DNA of 64,000 nt from Octopus vulgaris (lineage: Eukaryota), in the NCBI GenBank assembly GCA_951406725.2, contig OX597814.1:57288001-57352000 (forward strand), read 5' to 3'. The position numbers were made by a program, and so were the translations under genes. Shown in pieces: positions 12,692 to 27,241 of this stretch. Each line of letters begins with the position of its first letter. The first letter of the stretch is position 1. Below the pieces are notes generated by a model. The model was not told where the DNA came from. It did no database searches and saw only the letters and a program-made list of their open reading frames with translations.

Positions 12692-14938
12692 GCATTTATG
12701 GTTACAGGACGTCACCAATGGTGCAAGTAACATGAAATGCGTAAACAAACGAGGAAAAACGAGGGGAACATATAAAAAACGATAAAAAATAGAAAGAAGG
12801 ACAAGTAGACACAGAGAAAAGAACCTTCATCAGTTGTTGGTTGTCTACCTACTCCTCATTTCGAGCGTTCAACGACAATATCAGTCTTTAAAGACAGTTG
12901 CTCCCATACATTCCAAAATAAAATTTAGGATTTATGGAGGATCAAAGTTGGGAACAAAAAGTGACAACGGAGACATATAAGGGAACCGAACAAGAAGGAA
13001 ACAGTGAACGCTGAGAAAAACATTTTTTTTTTGAAAAGAGAAAAGATAGAAGAGAGAGAAAAACACGTCTGTTTTTTTAAACCTCTGTGCAGAAAAAGAA
13101 AGATCGTCACGCGAGGAAAAGAAAGATGGATGATGGTCATGTGTGAGCAACGAGAGAGAGAGGAAAATAGAGAAAGATGGGAGATAAAAGCCAGAATACC
13201 AGGAACACAATACAGGTATTAGAATAAATCATTTTGACAAACAAAACTAATATCCATGAGAAAATGAATGCGTTCAAATTTCTTTGGTCTTAAATTTTAA
13301 AGAGGAACAACAATGCACCAACGTTCGTCAAAGTTCCCAAAACCTCGACATCATCTTATTTCAATGATGACAGTGGTCCATTATTGTCACGTTTCTCTAG
13401 TAAGTAAAAAGGATCATGGAAATAATTCTGAAATTGAAAAAAATTAATATTAATACTACATTTGAAATTGTTTAATGGTTGTGTTCAAATTCCTTTTATA
13501 GTTTGTCATATAGCGTTTGTATGAATGTGTTTGTGTGTGTGCACATATAAATATGTGTGTGTATGTGTGTGTGAGTTGCTTTTGTGTTCTTATTTTATGG
13601 AGTTGTATGAAGGATAGTAGAATTATCAGTTAATGATTTATTTAACCTAAATTTGTTTTGCTCTAATTCATACCATTTCTTTACAATTAGCTTATACTTA
13701 AATAAAAGTGCATGAAAATGCCTGGGGCGTGTGTACTTCATAAATAAGTGGGGTTTGTTAAGTCAGGATTGAGGCGTTACTCTTCTCTCCTGTTATTATC
13801 ATTGTGATGAAAACTATACGCATCGTTTCCTTATTACTCAAACCCTCTGTGTGTGTGCGTGTGTGTGTGTGTCTGCGTGTGTGTGTGTGTGTGTGTGCAT
13901 GTGTGTGTGTGTGTTTGTGTGTGTGTGTTTATGATTGGCTAATTAATTATTTCGGTCTGTCAAGTCTTACACATAAATTTTTGGTAAATCCTATAGTCAA
14001 GAAGAAAACATCTAACCAAAGTACTGCACCCTGAGATCGAACGAAGAGCTATATTGTTTCGTTGCATTTAGCCACACGGCTATAACTGTTGGGCATTTCC
14101 ACCTCTCTCTCCCTCCTCTCTCTGTCTTGCTTCCTCCAAGTACACCGGGTAAAGGATCCTCAAGCTGTTTCCTTACATTTTTCAGCCGTCCCGATTTCTC
14201 AATAAGATAAATTGATCTTAGAATCTCTGTCATTTGCGTAGCTTAATTTCTATGATGTGTCGATATTTTCCTAGTATTTGCATACCAGTTAGAGAGTAAG
14301 ATGGCAGAGCCGAATTGTCCGCAAATATTCGTTAATCCCTTTCGGGAATTACAATCAATTTCGTCTGTTGAATTCATCTTATGTCTTTCTTTTACAGGGC
14401 TTAGAAAAAATGAAGGATTGCTGCAATAAGTGTGTGAATCTGGGATGGGAATATGTTGAATAAAACTTTGATTAAATTATCTTCCTCTATTTTCTTTTAC
14501 TAAAATCCAAGTACTTTTCTGCACTTCCTCTTGTATACACGCATTTTATCAAAAGTGACAGTACACTTAGATCTACCCCCGCGTGAATTAAATAGTTAGT
14601 CATGAATTAAATAGTTAGCAATTTATATATGAGTGGTTTGAACTCGAATGGTTGTATATCGATGATGTGATAAATGTCTTGAAAAACTAACTTTAGTATG
14701 TAGGGATCTACAAATATTTATATGCGCATATCGCCCCTAAATTACTGGACGTAAGCAAGCAAGTACCGATTGTCAGTTGTAGAGACAAACCAATACATAC
14801 GCTATCACATATACACACACATGCACACACACACACACGCACACACACACAGAGGGCTTGAGTAATAAGGAAACGATGCGTATAGTTTTCATCACAATAC
14901 ACTATCACATATACACCCTTTCATATGTATATATATAT

Positions 14939-17077
14939 CCCCTGAATCGGCTAGGCTGTCTGGTGCCGAATCGGCACCACTGGCCACAGCATTTCTTCCA
15001 TTTCCTTCGTGCTCTCGCCATTCTCAACGTTGCTCTAAACATCCTTCTAAATCGTCTTCCCACCTGACTGGCGGTCTTCCGAGTAGTCTCTTCCGTTCTT
15101 CAAGGTGCCAATCGACAACTGCACGGGTCCACCGATTATCTGTGGACCTTGCAACATTACCAGCCCATCGTAGATTTGCTTAGTGGTATTCTGCAACAAC
15201 GTACTTCCCTCCAGTTCTATTTTTGATCTCGTTCCAGATATGATCTCTTAGCGAGATTCCCAGCTTTGACCTTTCCATGTCTCACTGCGCTGTAAACAGA
15301 TGTTCTCTCTTCGAGCGAGGATTTTCAATTGCTGCTCTTCGCCGGCTTACAGCATTTCAGATGTTATACTACCATCGCCCAGTACTTCTCCTCTGTTTAT
15401 CAGCTTGAGGGCTTTCTCGATTTCACTGATCAGAATAGATATTACTTTCTCTCCTTCATTTTCCAATGACGGAGGCGCAGCTACTACTCTAGATTTAAAG
15501 AGGTTTATGTAGAAAGACTTGCAGACTTCTTCCACATCTCTCCTGCATTGCCATCCTGGTACTTCAGCGTCGTTACTTCCTTTCTATAAAGCATTATCTC
15601 CCTTTCGCTCTTCCATTCTTGTGAAGTCTTCAGGACTTCTCTTTTCTGTACCTCTCGAAGTCATTCTCAAAGCATCGTCTCATTGTCTAGCAAGGGACAG
15701 AATATTCCACCAGGGGTTTTCTATCTCTATTCATGCTTCTCCGCTTTTCCATCAGCTTCTTTGTCTACTCTGAGATCCTTCCTGTTTCGTTCGGAACTGC
15801 GACCTTTTTACTCTTCAAGCTTTTCTTCAACTTCTGGATCAGTGTCTCTTAGTCGTCATCTATTAACATCAAGCTGATCCCAGGATTCTTTCCCGAGGGC
15901 TCCTCTCAGCTGTTCTTCCTTCACAATCTTCATATATTGTTCTCTCGACGCTAACTATAGCTCTTTTTCTTCCTTCTTCTAACCCAACACAATTTTGGCC
16001 GGCACAAGGCGGTGGTCACTTCATGCGTTGAACGGCGTATCTACAGAGACGTCTAGTAGAGTACGCCTTTTACCGACCAAGATGTAGTCGATCTAATTTC
16101 GGTCCCTTGGTTTCGGGGCGATCCAGTTCCATCTGTTCCTGGCCTTGTTGCTGATGACCAACCCTTTCGACTCTGTCATGGTGACTACACGTGCTCTCTG
16201 ATTTCCCTCACCGAGCCCGAATATTCCCACGTACTCCCCACCTTGTTGCCCGTTTTCCAACTTTGGCGCTGAAATATCCCATCACGACAGTGTATGTAGG
16301 TCTGCTGGCTAGAGCACGCTCTACGTCAAGATAGAAATCTTCCACTTCATCGTTGTCGCCAGCGTACGTCTGGACGATCTTCAAGGTCGCCTTCTTCAAG
16401 ATTTGAATGTTCAGCACACCTATTCGTGTAGAAACGAAGTGGCAATATATAACCCCAGTTCATCCCTTGCTGATCACAAGACCTATACCATTGATTGCTC
16501 TGAGACCTTCTGCACAACTCAGAAAGCTTCCGTTTGACCATCTTGCACTCGACTCTTTTCGCTAACACGTCTCACAAAACCCGAGGACGTCGTAATTGAT
16601 TTCCTTTCTCTCCTTCATAAGATGATTCAAGCCAGTCCCCACTGCCACTCCCCAACTTGAAGTTGTAGGTGCATATGGTGAGGTTAGTCAATTTCCTTCG
16701 CGGCTTCTTGCAACCTGAAATTCTCAGCAGCCTCTCGCTGCTCGGATTACTCCCCGCCGCCATGGAGCGCAGGCTACAGAGGCCCATTAACCTAATGCTG
16801 TTTTAGCCATAAGTTGACGCACCCCGGTTGCTTTTTTGTTTGAGGTGTATTCCTGTAGCGTTGCCCCCTTTCGACCCCCAAGGCATTTTTGTTTGATGAC
16901 CGTTGACTAGTCATAAGTTCCTCCGCCCTTTGACGAGTCTTGTTTTCTGTCCCACAAACACTCTTCTCATCAAGTAAGCTCGGTGAGGTTGCCAGTTTAG
17001 ACGCTGATAACCCGCCTATGCAACAGGTTGTACTGGGTTATATGTTACCAGTAGTGCTCGATACCGACCTGACATAG

Positions 17078-17078
<1 letters not shown>
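14939..17078 (-). mobile_element. RTE-clade LINE (copy 2)
   Basis: Duplicate of 6808-8947. Confidence 0.8.
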
Positions 17079-17125
<47 letters not shown>

Positions 17126-19085
17126 TATAAATTGATCAAAATAAAAACATGATGCCAAGGATTCAGCGGTACATATGTTTCGGGCCTTTATTAGACAGAT
17201 TTATAACAATGCATAATGTATGTCTGTGGCCTTCTTCAGCCGCGCACAACAGCTTCCACAAGGACATGTGTTACATCAAAAATTCTTGGTTGGGGATGCA
17301 AATCCTCTCATTCGCGTACGACATAATGCGGCAACAGCATAGAATTGAAGCGTCCATCTCTTTCTTCTCTCAATATATATGTATATATATGTGTGTGTGT
17401 GTATACGTATATGTATGTATGTATATATGTATGTATGTATGTATACGTATGTATGTATATGTGTATGTATATATATGTATGTATACAACAGGTTTCCACA
17501 TAGTTTCCATCTACTAAATTCTCTCACAAGGCATCGGTCACTTAAGGCTATAGTTGAAGATGCTTGCTCAATGTGCTGCGCAGTGGAACTGAAAAAGCCT
17601 GCACCTATAAAAAGAACATGATCCCTTTATCAAATTTACAAGTACAGACATATATTCTACCATGGAAGACCATAAATAATAATGCACATGTACTATCTTG
17701 AATCATTACCATTGTACACATACTTGTCTGTCGAAGCGACGAAGACCATCTGGTTATCGTTAAGGACGACCGATGACCAGTGCTGCGACTTTGCTTAAAG
17801 TGAACAATTGCGCACTGTCAATGTCAAGACAACTGGGGATGGAAACTGAAGCAGTGGCTAACATGATGTTTTAATTGCTTCATCTTGCTTTCTGCATTCA
17901 CAATGCATTGTTGTAGCCGCTTTCGTTTCTGTTGAACTATAAACGCTTCTTCTGCAGAGTCCGCCAGAAGTAGCCTTCCTATACATAGGTAGACAAGTCC
18001 AAACATGCTAATTAACCCACAGCTGAGACCCTGATAGGCGCTACTATTCCGAGTCAAAACAACAGGGAACAATGGTGGCTATGAGGTTTTTTCCACACTC
18101 CTCAATACCCTGGATCTCTCGAATCATCTCCGTCTCCTTCACATATATTGCCAATCTACTTATATTTTGGTTACAGTCTTCTATTAGAAAAAAACGTTGG
18201 CTGAAGTGTTTAAATGACGTATAGGCTTTGCGTGAACTCGGCTCAGTGGTTAGAGCATCTGACTCACAATCATGAGGTAGTAAGTTCGATTCCCGGACTG
18301 GGTTGTGTGCTATATTCTTGAGAATGACGCTTTATTTCACGTTACTCCAGTTCACTCAGCTGCAGAAATGAATTGCAACGTCACTTTCCTTTGGATGAAA
18401 TTGCTGGCACGGAGATGGGAGTTTGGTATGCACAGTTATATCTACTAAATCTGTGCGTGAATGTGAGAGTGTGTGTGTGCGTGTGTGTGTACGTGTGCTT
18501 GTGTGTGTTTGTATGTGTGCGTGCGCGTGCGTGTATTTTAATTTCTTATTTTGCTACTAATAAATATATTTGTTGGATTTTATGAAGGGTTGTAGAGATA
18601 TCTAGTTTTGTTTTGCTTCGTTAAAAGCGAATTGTTTATAAAGTATGCATAATTAATCATTAGTGCATAAAAAGAATTGAGGTGTGAGTTGAGAAGCAAA
18701 CGTTTATGGTTTCTTAGATTTGAAAGCGTTTTGTTCGTTTAAGAACAAAGCGCTTTCAAATCTAAAAAAACATTCCCAATCGTTTAAGTTGCAATCATCG
18801 TTATGAAAACTATTAACACAGAGTTGTCTTACGTTCTGAATATATAGAAGAGATGAAACATAATACAGCATGATATTTATATCGACTCTTTATTATTTAA
18901 CCACCACACAATCAATATACCTATGCAAAATGTCACTATATATGGGTGAGAGTGTGTGTGTATATATGTAGGTATGTATATAGTTACATGTTTTAAGCAT
19001 GAGCTTGCTGTAATACCAAGCTTACATTTAAAATTTGAAAGCTTTTTGTTTGTTTAAGAACAAAGCGCTTTCAAATCTAAGAAAC

Positions 19086-20324
19086 TGTGGGGTGACGTCA
19101 GCAGCTGGGGAGCTGACCGGAATTTGGGAGCTGACCGGAACTTGGGAGCTGACCGGAACTTGGGAGCTGACCGGAATAGGAAGAGTGCCGCGGTGACGCA
19201 CGCGCAGGCAGGAGATGATTGGGCCTTTTTCGATCGGGGTAGCCAACGGTGCTGGACGTGTGAGCGCTTCGACAATGTGAGGGACAGTAGCTGCTATTTT
19301 TAGCGTTCGGGTCGGGACACGTGGAAGAGTGCGTTACCACCAGAGGTCTGCGTCGACGAAGAGAAGGTAGGTGTCTTACCTCTAGTCTCTCGCATACACT
19401 ACAAGCTATTTCGGCGATCCACATAAGACGTCACCACGATGGCAGCTAAAATCAGGATCGCCAGCGACGTTATCAAGCCCTTTAATGGTGAGGGCGATGT
19501 AGTAGCCTGGATGCGTAAAATTAGGCTTATAGTGAGATTGCAAGGCACTAGCGACGTGGAAAGCCTTATAGCACTATATTTGGAAGGGAGCGCGTTGACT
19601 CTATATCTCGAGATGGACGAAGAAGAACGACTGAGCGAGGAGAAGATTGAGCATTGTCTGAGAGGGGCTTATACCGAGTGTAAATATACAGCCTTTGTTA
19701 AGCTGGGAACGATTAGATGGATGGGAGAGCAGGTGGATGAATACGCGACGGAGGTGCGTAGGCCGGCCACGCTGGTTGAGTTTACGGGAAAAGGCCTGGA
19801 TAGAGCAGCGCGACTGGCGTTCGTGAGTTCCCTGATGACGTAGGGATTCGACTGCAGCAATTGCCCGGGGGCAAAAAGATGGCGCTGAGCGAACTTGTGA
19901 ATCAAGGCCGCGTGTTGACGCGAAATGCTGGACGGAAGGCGATATCGATGGCGGTAACGGAAGCACATAAAGACGGACGACGGCCGGAGAAAGACGCGAA
20001 GAAGCCTACCGTGCAACGACAGCGGCCGTTCCCAGGCCGGTGTTTTAAATGTCAGGGGTCACACATGGCGAGGGAGTGTACGCAACTGGGGCCCGTCTAC
20101 TATGCAGGCAGTCAGGGTACATCGCCCGTAATTGCGACCGGGGAAACGACCGTGGGGAAGTTGCTGCCTCTCGAACTTTCCCCGCAAACGAGTAGAGGCG
20201 CTTTTGGATATGCTGCCCGTAATTGATGTCAAAGCCAGGAGAAGAGGTTCAAGGCCTTCGTGGATACGGGTTGCACGACCACCCTCGTGACTTCAAGGAT
20301 GACGAAGAAATGGAATGGGGCAAG
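19086..20324 (+). mobile_element. truncated Gypsy element (copy 2)
   Basis: Duplicate of 10948-12186. Confidence 0.8.
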
Positions 20325-20495
20325 TAGCACCCTACCCATGCCAGCCTCCTTACCTACCCTGTCTATGAGGAAACAGTTCAAAAGGAAACAGTTCTAGTCC
20401 TGTAGAAGCTCCTTCTATAAAATAAATTAATTTACTCTGCTATGTATTGAGTACCTTATTTACTGTGGTTAACCCCGACTCAACCCGGGACCTAC

Positions 20496-20544
<49 letters not shown>

Positions 20545-20789
20545 CATATATATATCTGTAAATGTAATAGGTGACACAATTATTCGGTAGCCATGATAAA
20601 ACTCCGAGTTTCGGATGCCGGGGTGTAAATCCACGCCGCTATGTCTTCAGTTATCTGGCCATCGGAAAAATGCTAACAGAGTTTTATCATGGCTACCGAA
20701 TAATTGTCTCATATTACATTTACAGATAAATTCCTCTATTTACATAATATCGAAGTCTCGTTTATTCATTTGTTGTCTTACCATTTTAT

Positions 20790-20847
<58 letters not shown>

Positions 20848-23096
20848 TGCATTTATGGTTACAGGACGTCACCAATGGTGCAAGTAACATGAAATGCGTA
20901 AACAAACGAGGAAAAACGAGGGGAACATATAAAAAACGATAAAAAATAGAAAGAAGGACAAGTAGACACAGAGAAAAGAACCTTCATCAGTTGTTGGTTG
21001 TCTACCTACTCCTCATTTCGAGCGTTCAACGACAATATCAGTCTTTAAAGACAGTTGCTCCCATACATTCCAAAATAAAATTTAGGATTTATGGAGGATC
21101 AAAGTTGGGAACAAAAAGTGACAACGGAGACATATAAGGGAACCGAACAAGAAGGAAACAGTGAACGCTGAGAAAAACATTTTTTTTTTGAAAAGAGAAA
21201 AGATAGAAGAGAGAGAAAAACACGTCTGTTTTTTTAAACCTCTGTGCAGAAAAAGAAAGATCGTCACGCGAGGAAAAGAAAGATGGATGATGGTCATGTG
21301 TGAGCAACGAGAGAGAGAGGAAAATAGAGAAAGATGGGAGATAAAAGCCAGAATACCAGGAACACAATACAGGTATTAGAATAAATCATTTTGACAAACA
21401 AAACTAATATCCATGAGAAAATGAATGCGTTCAAATTTCTTTGGTCTTAAATTTTAAAGAGGAACAACAATGCACCAACGTTCGTCAAAGTTCCCAAAAC
21501 CTCGACATCATCTTATTTCAATGATGACAGTGGTCCATTATTGTCACGTTTCTCTAGTAAGTAAAAAGGATCATGGAAATAATTCTGAAATTGAAAAAAA
21601 TTAATATTAATACTACATTTGAAATTGTTTAATGGTTGTGTTCAAATTCCTTTTATAGTTTGTCATATAGCGTTTGTATGAATGTGTTTGTGTGTGTGCA
21701 CATATAAATATGTGTGTGTATGTGTGTGTGAGTTGCTTTTGTGTTCTTATTTTATGGAGTTGTATGAAGGATAGTAGAATTATCAGTTAATGATTTATTT
21801 AACCTAAATTTGTTTTGCTCTAATTCATACCATTTCTTTACAATTAGCTTATACTTAAATAAAAGTGCATGAAAATGCCTGGGGCGTGTGTACTTCATAA
21901 ATAAGTGGGGTTTGTTAAGTCAGGATTGAGGCGTTACTCTTCTCTCCTGTTATTATCATTGTGATGAAAACTATACGCATCGTTTCCTTATTACTCAAAC
22001 CCTCTGTGTGTGTGCGTGTGTGTGTGTGTCTGCGTGTGTGTGTGTGTGTGTGTGCATGTGTGTGTGTGTGTTTTGTGTGTGTGTGTTTATGATTGGCTAA
22101 TTAATTATTTCGGTCTGTCAAGTCTTACACATAAATTTTTGGTAAATCCTATAGTCAAGAAGAAAACATCTAACCAAAGTACTGCACCCTGAGATCGAAC
22201 GAAGAGCTATATTGTTTCGTTGCATTTAGCCACACGGCTATAACTGTTGGGCATTTCCACCTCTCTCTCCCTCCTCTCTCTGTCTTGCTTCCTCCAAGTA
22301 CACCGGGTAAAGGATCCTCAAGCTGTTTCCTTACATTTTTCAGCCGTCCCGATTTCTCAATAAGATAAATTGATCTTAGAATCTCTGTCATTTGCGTAGC
22401 TTAATTTCTATGATGTGTCGATATTTTCCTAGTATTTGCATACCAGTTAGAGAGTAAGATGGCAGAGCCGAATTGTCCGCAAATATTCGTTAATCCCTTT
22501 CGGGAATTACAATCAATTTCGTCTGTTGAATTCATCTTATGTCTTTCTTTTACAGGGCTTAGAAAAAATGAAGGATTGCTGCAATAAGTGTGTGAATCTG
22601 GGATGGGAATATGTTGAATAAAACTTTGATTAAATTATCTTCCTCTATTTTCTTTTACTAAAATCCAAGTACTTTTCTGCACTTCCTCTTGTATACACGC
22701 ATTTTATCAAAAGTGACAGTACACTTAGATCTACCCCCGCGTGAATTAAATAGTTAGTCATGAATTAAATAGTTAGCAATTTATATATGAGTGGTTTGAA
22801 CTCGAATGGTTGTATATCGATGATGTGATAAATGTCTTGAAAAACTAACTTTAGTATGTAGGGATCTACAAATATTTATATGCGCATATCGCCCCTAAAT
22901 TACTGGACGTAAGCAAGCAAGTACCGATTGTCAGTTGTAGAGACAAACCAATACATACGCTATCACATATACACACACATGCACACACACACACACGCAC
23001 ACACACACAGAGGGCTTGAGTAATAAGGAAACGATGCGTATAGTTTTCATCACAATACACTATCACATATACACCCTTTCATATGTATATATATAT

Positions 23097-25234
23097 CCCC
23101 TGAATCGGCTAGGCTGTCTGGCGCCGAATCGGCACCACTGGCCACAGCATTTCTTCCATTTCCTTCGTGCTCTCGCCATTCTCAACGTTGCTCTAAACAT
23201 CCTTCTAAATCGTCTTCCCACCTGACTGGCGGTCTTCCGAGTAGTCTCTTCCGTTCTTCAAGGTGCCAATCGACAACTGCACGGGTCCACCGATTATCTG
23301 TGGACCTTGCAACATTACCAGCCCATCGTAGATTTGCTTAGTGGTATTCTGCAACAACGTACTTCCCTCCAGTTCTATTTTTGATCTCGTTCCAGATATG
23401 ATCTCTTAGCGAGATTCCCAGCTTTGACCTTTCCATGTCTCACTGCGCTGTAAACAGATGTTCTCTCTTCGAGCGAGGATTTTCAATTGCTGCTCTTCGC
23501 CGGCTTACAGCATTTCAGATGTTATACTACCATCGCCCAGTACTTCTCCTCTGTTTATCAGCTTGAGGGCTTTCTCGATTTCACTGATCAGAATAGATAT
23601 TACTTTCTCTCCTTCATTTTCCAATGACGGAGGCGCAGCTACTACTCTAGATTTAAAGAGGTTTATGTAGAAAGACTTGCAGACTTCTTCCACATCTCTC
23701 CTGCATTGCCATCCTGGTACTTCAGCGTCGTTACTTCCTTTCTATAAAGCATTATCTCCCTTTCGCTCTTCCATTCTTGTGAAGTCTTCAGGACTTCTCT
23801 TTTCTGTACCTCTCGAAGTCATTCTCAAAGCATCGTCTCATTGTCTAGCAAGGGACAGAATATTCCACCAGGGGTTTTCTATCTCTATTCATGCTTCTCC
23901 GCTTTTCCATCAGCTTCTTTGTCTACTCTGAGATCCTTCCTGTTTCGTTCGGAACTGCGACCTTTTTACTCTTCAAGCTTTTCTTCAACTTCTGGATCAG
24001 TGTCTCTTAGTCGTCATCTATTAACATCAAGCTGATCCCAGGATTCTTTCCCGAGGGCTCCTCTCAGCTGTTCTTCCTTCACAATCTTCATATATTGTTC
24101 TCTCGACGCTAACTATAGCTCTTTTTCTTCCTTCTTCTAACCCAACACAATTTTGGCCGGCACAAGGCGGTGGTCACTTCATGCGTTGAACGGCGTATCT
24201 ACAGAGACGTCTAGTAGAGTACGCCTTTTACCGACCAAGATGTAGTCGATCTAATTTCGGTCCCTTGGTTTCGGGGCGATCCAGTTCCATCTGTTCCTGG
24301 CCTTGTTGCTGATGACCAACCCTTTCGACTCTGTCATGGTGACTACACGTGCTCTCTGATTTCCCTCACCGAGCCCGAATATTCCCACGTACTCCCCACC
24401 TTGTTGCCCGTTTTCCAACTTTGGCGCTGAAATATCCCATCACGACAGTGTATGTAGGTCTGCTGGCTAGAGCACGCTCTACGTCAAGATAGAAATCTTC
24501 CACTTCATCGTTGTCGCCAGCGTACGTCTGGACGATCTTCAAGGTCGCCTTCTTCAAGATTTGAATGTTCAGCACACCTATTCGTGTAGAAACGAAGTGG
24601 CAATATATAACCCCAGTTCATCCCTTGCTGATCACAAGACCTATACCATTGATTGCTCTGAGACCTTCTGCACAACTCAGAAAGCTTCCGTTTGACCATC
24701 TTGCACTCGACTCTTTTCGCTAACACGTCTCACAAAACCCGAGGACGTCGTAATTGATTTCCTTTCTCTCCTTCATAAGATGATTCAAGCCAGTCCCCAC
24801 TGCCACTCCCCAACTTGAAGTTGTAGGTGCATATGGTGAGGTTAGTCAATTTCCTTCGCGGCTTCTTGCAACCTGAAATTCTCAGCAGCCTCTCGCTGCT
24901 CGGATTACTCCCCGCCGCCATGGAGCGCAGGCTACAGAGGCCCATTAACCTAATGCTGTTTTAGCCATAAGTTGACGCACCCCGGTTGCTTTTTTGTTTG
25001 AGGTGTATTCCTGTAGCGTTGCCCCCTTTCGACCCCCAAGGCATTTTTGTTTGATGACCGTTGACTAGTCATAAGTTCCTCCGCCCTTTGACGAGTCTTG
25101 TTTTCTGTCCCACAAACACTCTCTCATCAAGTAAGCTCGGTGAGGTTGCCAGTTTAGACGCTGATAACCCGCCTATGCAACAGGTTGTACTGGGTTATAT
25201 GTTACCAGTAGTGATCGATACCGACCTGACATAG

Positions 25235-25235
<1 letters not shown>
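23097..25235 (-). mobile_element. RTE-clade LINE (copy 3)
   Basis: Duplicate of 6808-8947. Confidence 0.8.
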
Positions 25236-25287
<52 letters not shown>

Positions 25288-27241
25288 TGATCAAAATAAA
25301 AACATGATGCCAAGGATTCAGCGGTACATATGTTTCGGGCCTTTATTAGACAGATTTATAACAATGCATAATGTATGTCTGTGGCCTTCTTCAGCCGCGC
25401 ACAACAGCTTCCACAAGGACATGTGTTACATCAAAAATTCTTGGTTGGGGATGCAAATCCTCTCATTCGCGTACGACATAATGCGGCAACAGCATAGAAT
25501 TGAAGCGTCCATCTCTTTCTTCTCTCAATATATATGTATATATATGTGTGTGTGTGTATACGTATATGTATGTATGTATATATGTATGTATGTATGTATA
25601 CGTATGTATGTATATGTGTATGTATATATATGTATGTATACAACAGGTTTCCACATAGTTTCCATCTACTAAATTCTCTCACAAGGCATCGGTCACTTAA
25701 GGCTATAGTTGAAGATGCTTGCTCAATGTGCTGCGCAGTGGAACTGAAAAAGCCTGCACCTATAAAAAGAACATGATCCCTTTATCAAATTTACAAGTAC
25801 AGACATATATTCTACCATGGAAGACCATAAATAATAATGCACATGTACTATCTTGAATCATTACCATTGTACACATACTTGTCTGTCGAAGCGACGAAGA
25901 CCATCTGGTTATCGTTAAGGACGACCGATGACCAGTGCTGCGACTTTGCTTAAAGTGAACAATTGCGCACTGTCAATGTCAAGACAACTGGGGATGGAAA
26001 CTGAAGCAGTGGCTAACATGATGTTTTAATTGCTTCATCTTGCTTTCTGCATTCACAATGCATTGTTGTAGCCGCTTTCGTTTCTGTTGAACTATAAACG
26101 CTTCTTCTGCAGAGTCCGCCAGAAGTAGCCTTCCTATACATAGGTAGACAAGTCCAAACATGCTAATTAACCCACAGCTGAGACCCTGATAGGCGCTGCT
26201 ATTCCGAGTCAAAACAACAGGGAACAATGGTGGCTATGAGGTTTTTTCCACACTCCTCAATACCCTGGATCTCTCGAATCATCTCCGTCTCCTTCACATA
26301 TATTGCCAATCTACTTATATTTTGGTTACAGTCTTCTATTAGAAAAAAACGTTGGCTGAAGTGTTTAAATGACGTATAGGCTTTGCGTGAACTCGGCTCA
26401 GTGGTTAGAGCATCTGACTCACAATCATGAGGTAGTAAGTTCGATTCCCGGACTGGGTTGTGTGCTATATTCTTGAGAATGACGCTTTATTTCACGTTAC
26501 TCCAGTTCACTCAGCTGCAGAAATGAATTGCAACGTCACTTTCCTTTGGATGAAATTGCTGGCACGGAGATGGGAGTCTGGTATGCACAGTTATATCTAC
26601 TAAATCTGTGCGTGAATGTGAGAGTGTGTGTGTGCGTGTGTGTGTACGTGTGCTTGTGTGTGTTTGTATGTGTGCGTGCGCGTGCGTGTATTTTAATTTC
26701 TTATTTTGCTACTAATAAATATATTTGTGGGATTTTATGAAGGGTTGTAGAGATATCTAGTTTTGTTTTGCTTCGTTAAAAGCGAATTGTTTATAAAGTA
26801 TGCATAATTAATCATTAGTGCATAAAAAGAATTGAGGTGTGAGTTGAGAAGCAAACGTTTATGGTTTCTTAGATTTGAAAGCGTTTTGTTCGTTTAAGAA
26901 CAAAGCGCTTTCAAATCTAAAAAAAACATTCCCAATCGTTTAAGTTGCAATCATCGTTATGAAAACTATTAACACAGAGTTGTCTTACGTTCTGAATATA
27001 TAGAAGAGATGAAACATAATACAGCATGATATTTATATCGACGCTTTATTATTTAACCACCATACAATCAATATACCTATGCAAAATGTCACTATATATG
27101 GGTGAGAGTGTGTGTGTATATATGTAGGTATGTATATAGTTACATGTTTTAAGCATGAGCTTGCTGTAATACCAAGCTTACATTTAAAATTTGAAAGCTT
27201 TTTGTTTGTTTAAGAACAAAGCGCTTTCAAATCTAAGAAAC

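Larger units (their letters stand above)
12239..20368 (+). repeat. 8.1-kb tandem segmental duplication, copy 2
   Basis: Near-identical to copy 1. Flanked on both sides by the junction CTGTCTATGA|GGAAACAG|TTCAAAAGG. Confidence 0.97.
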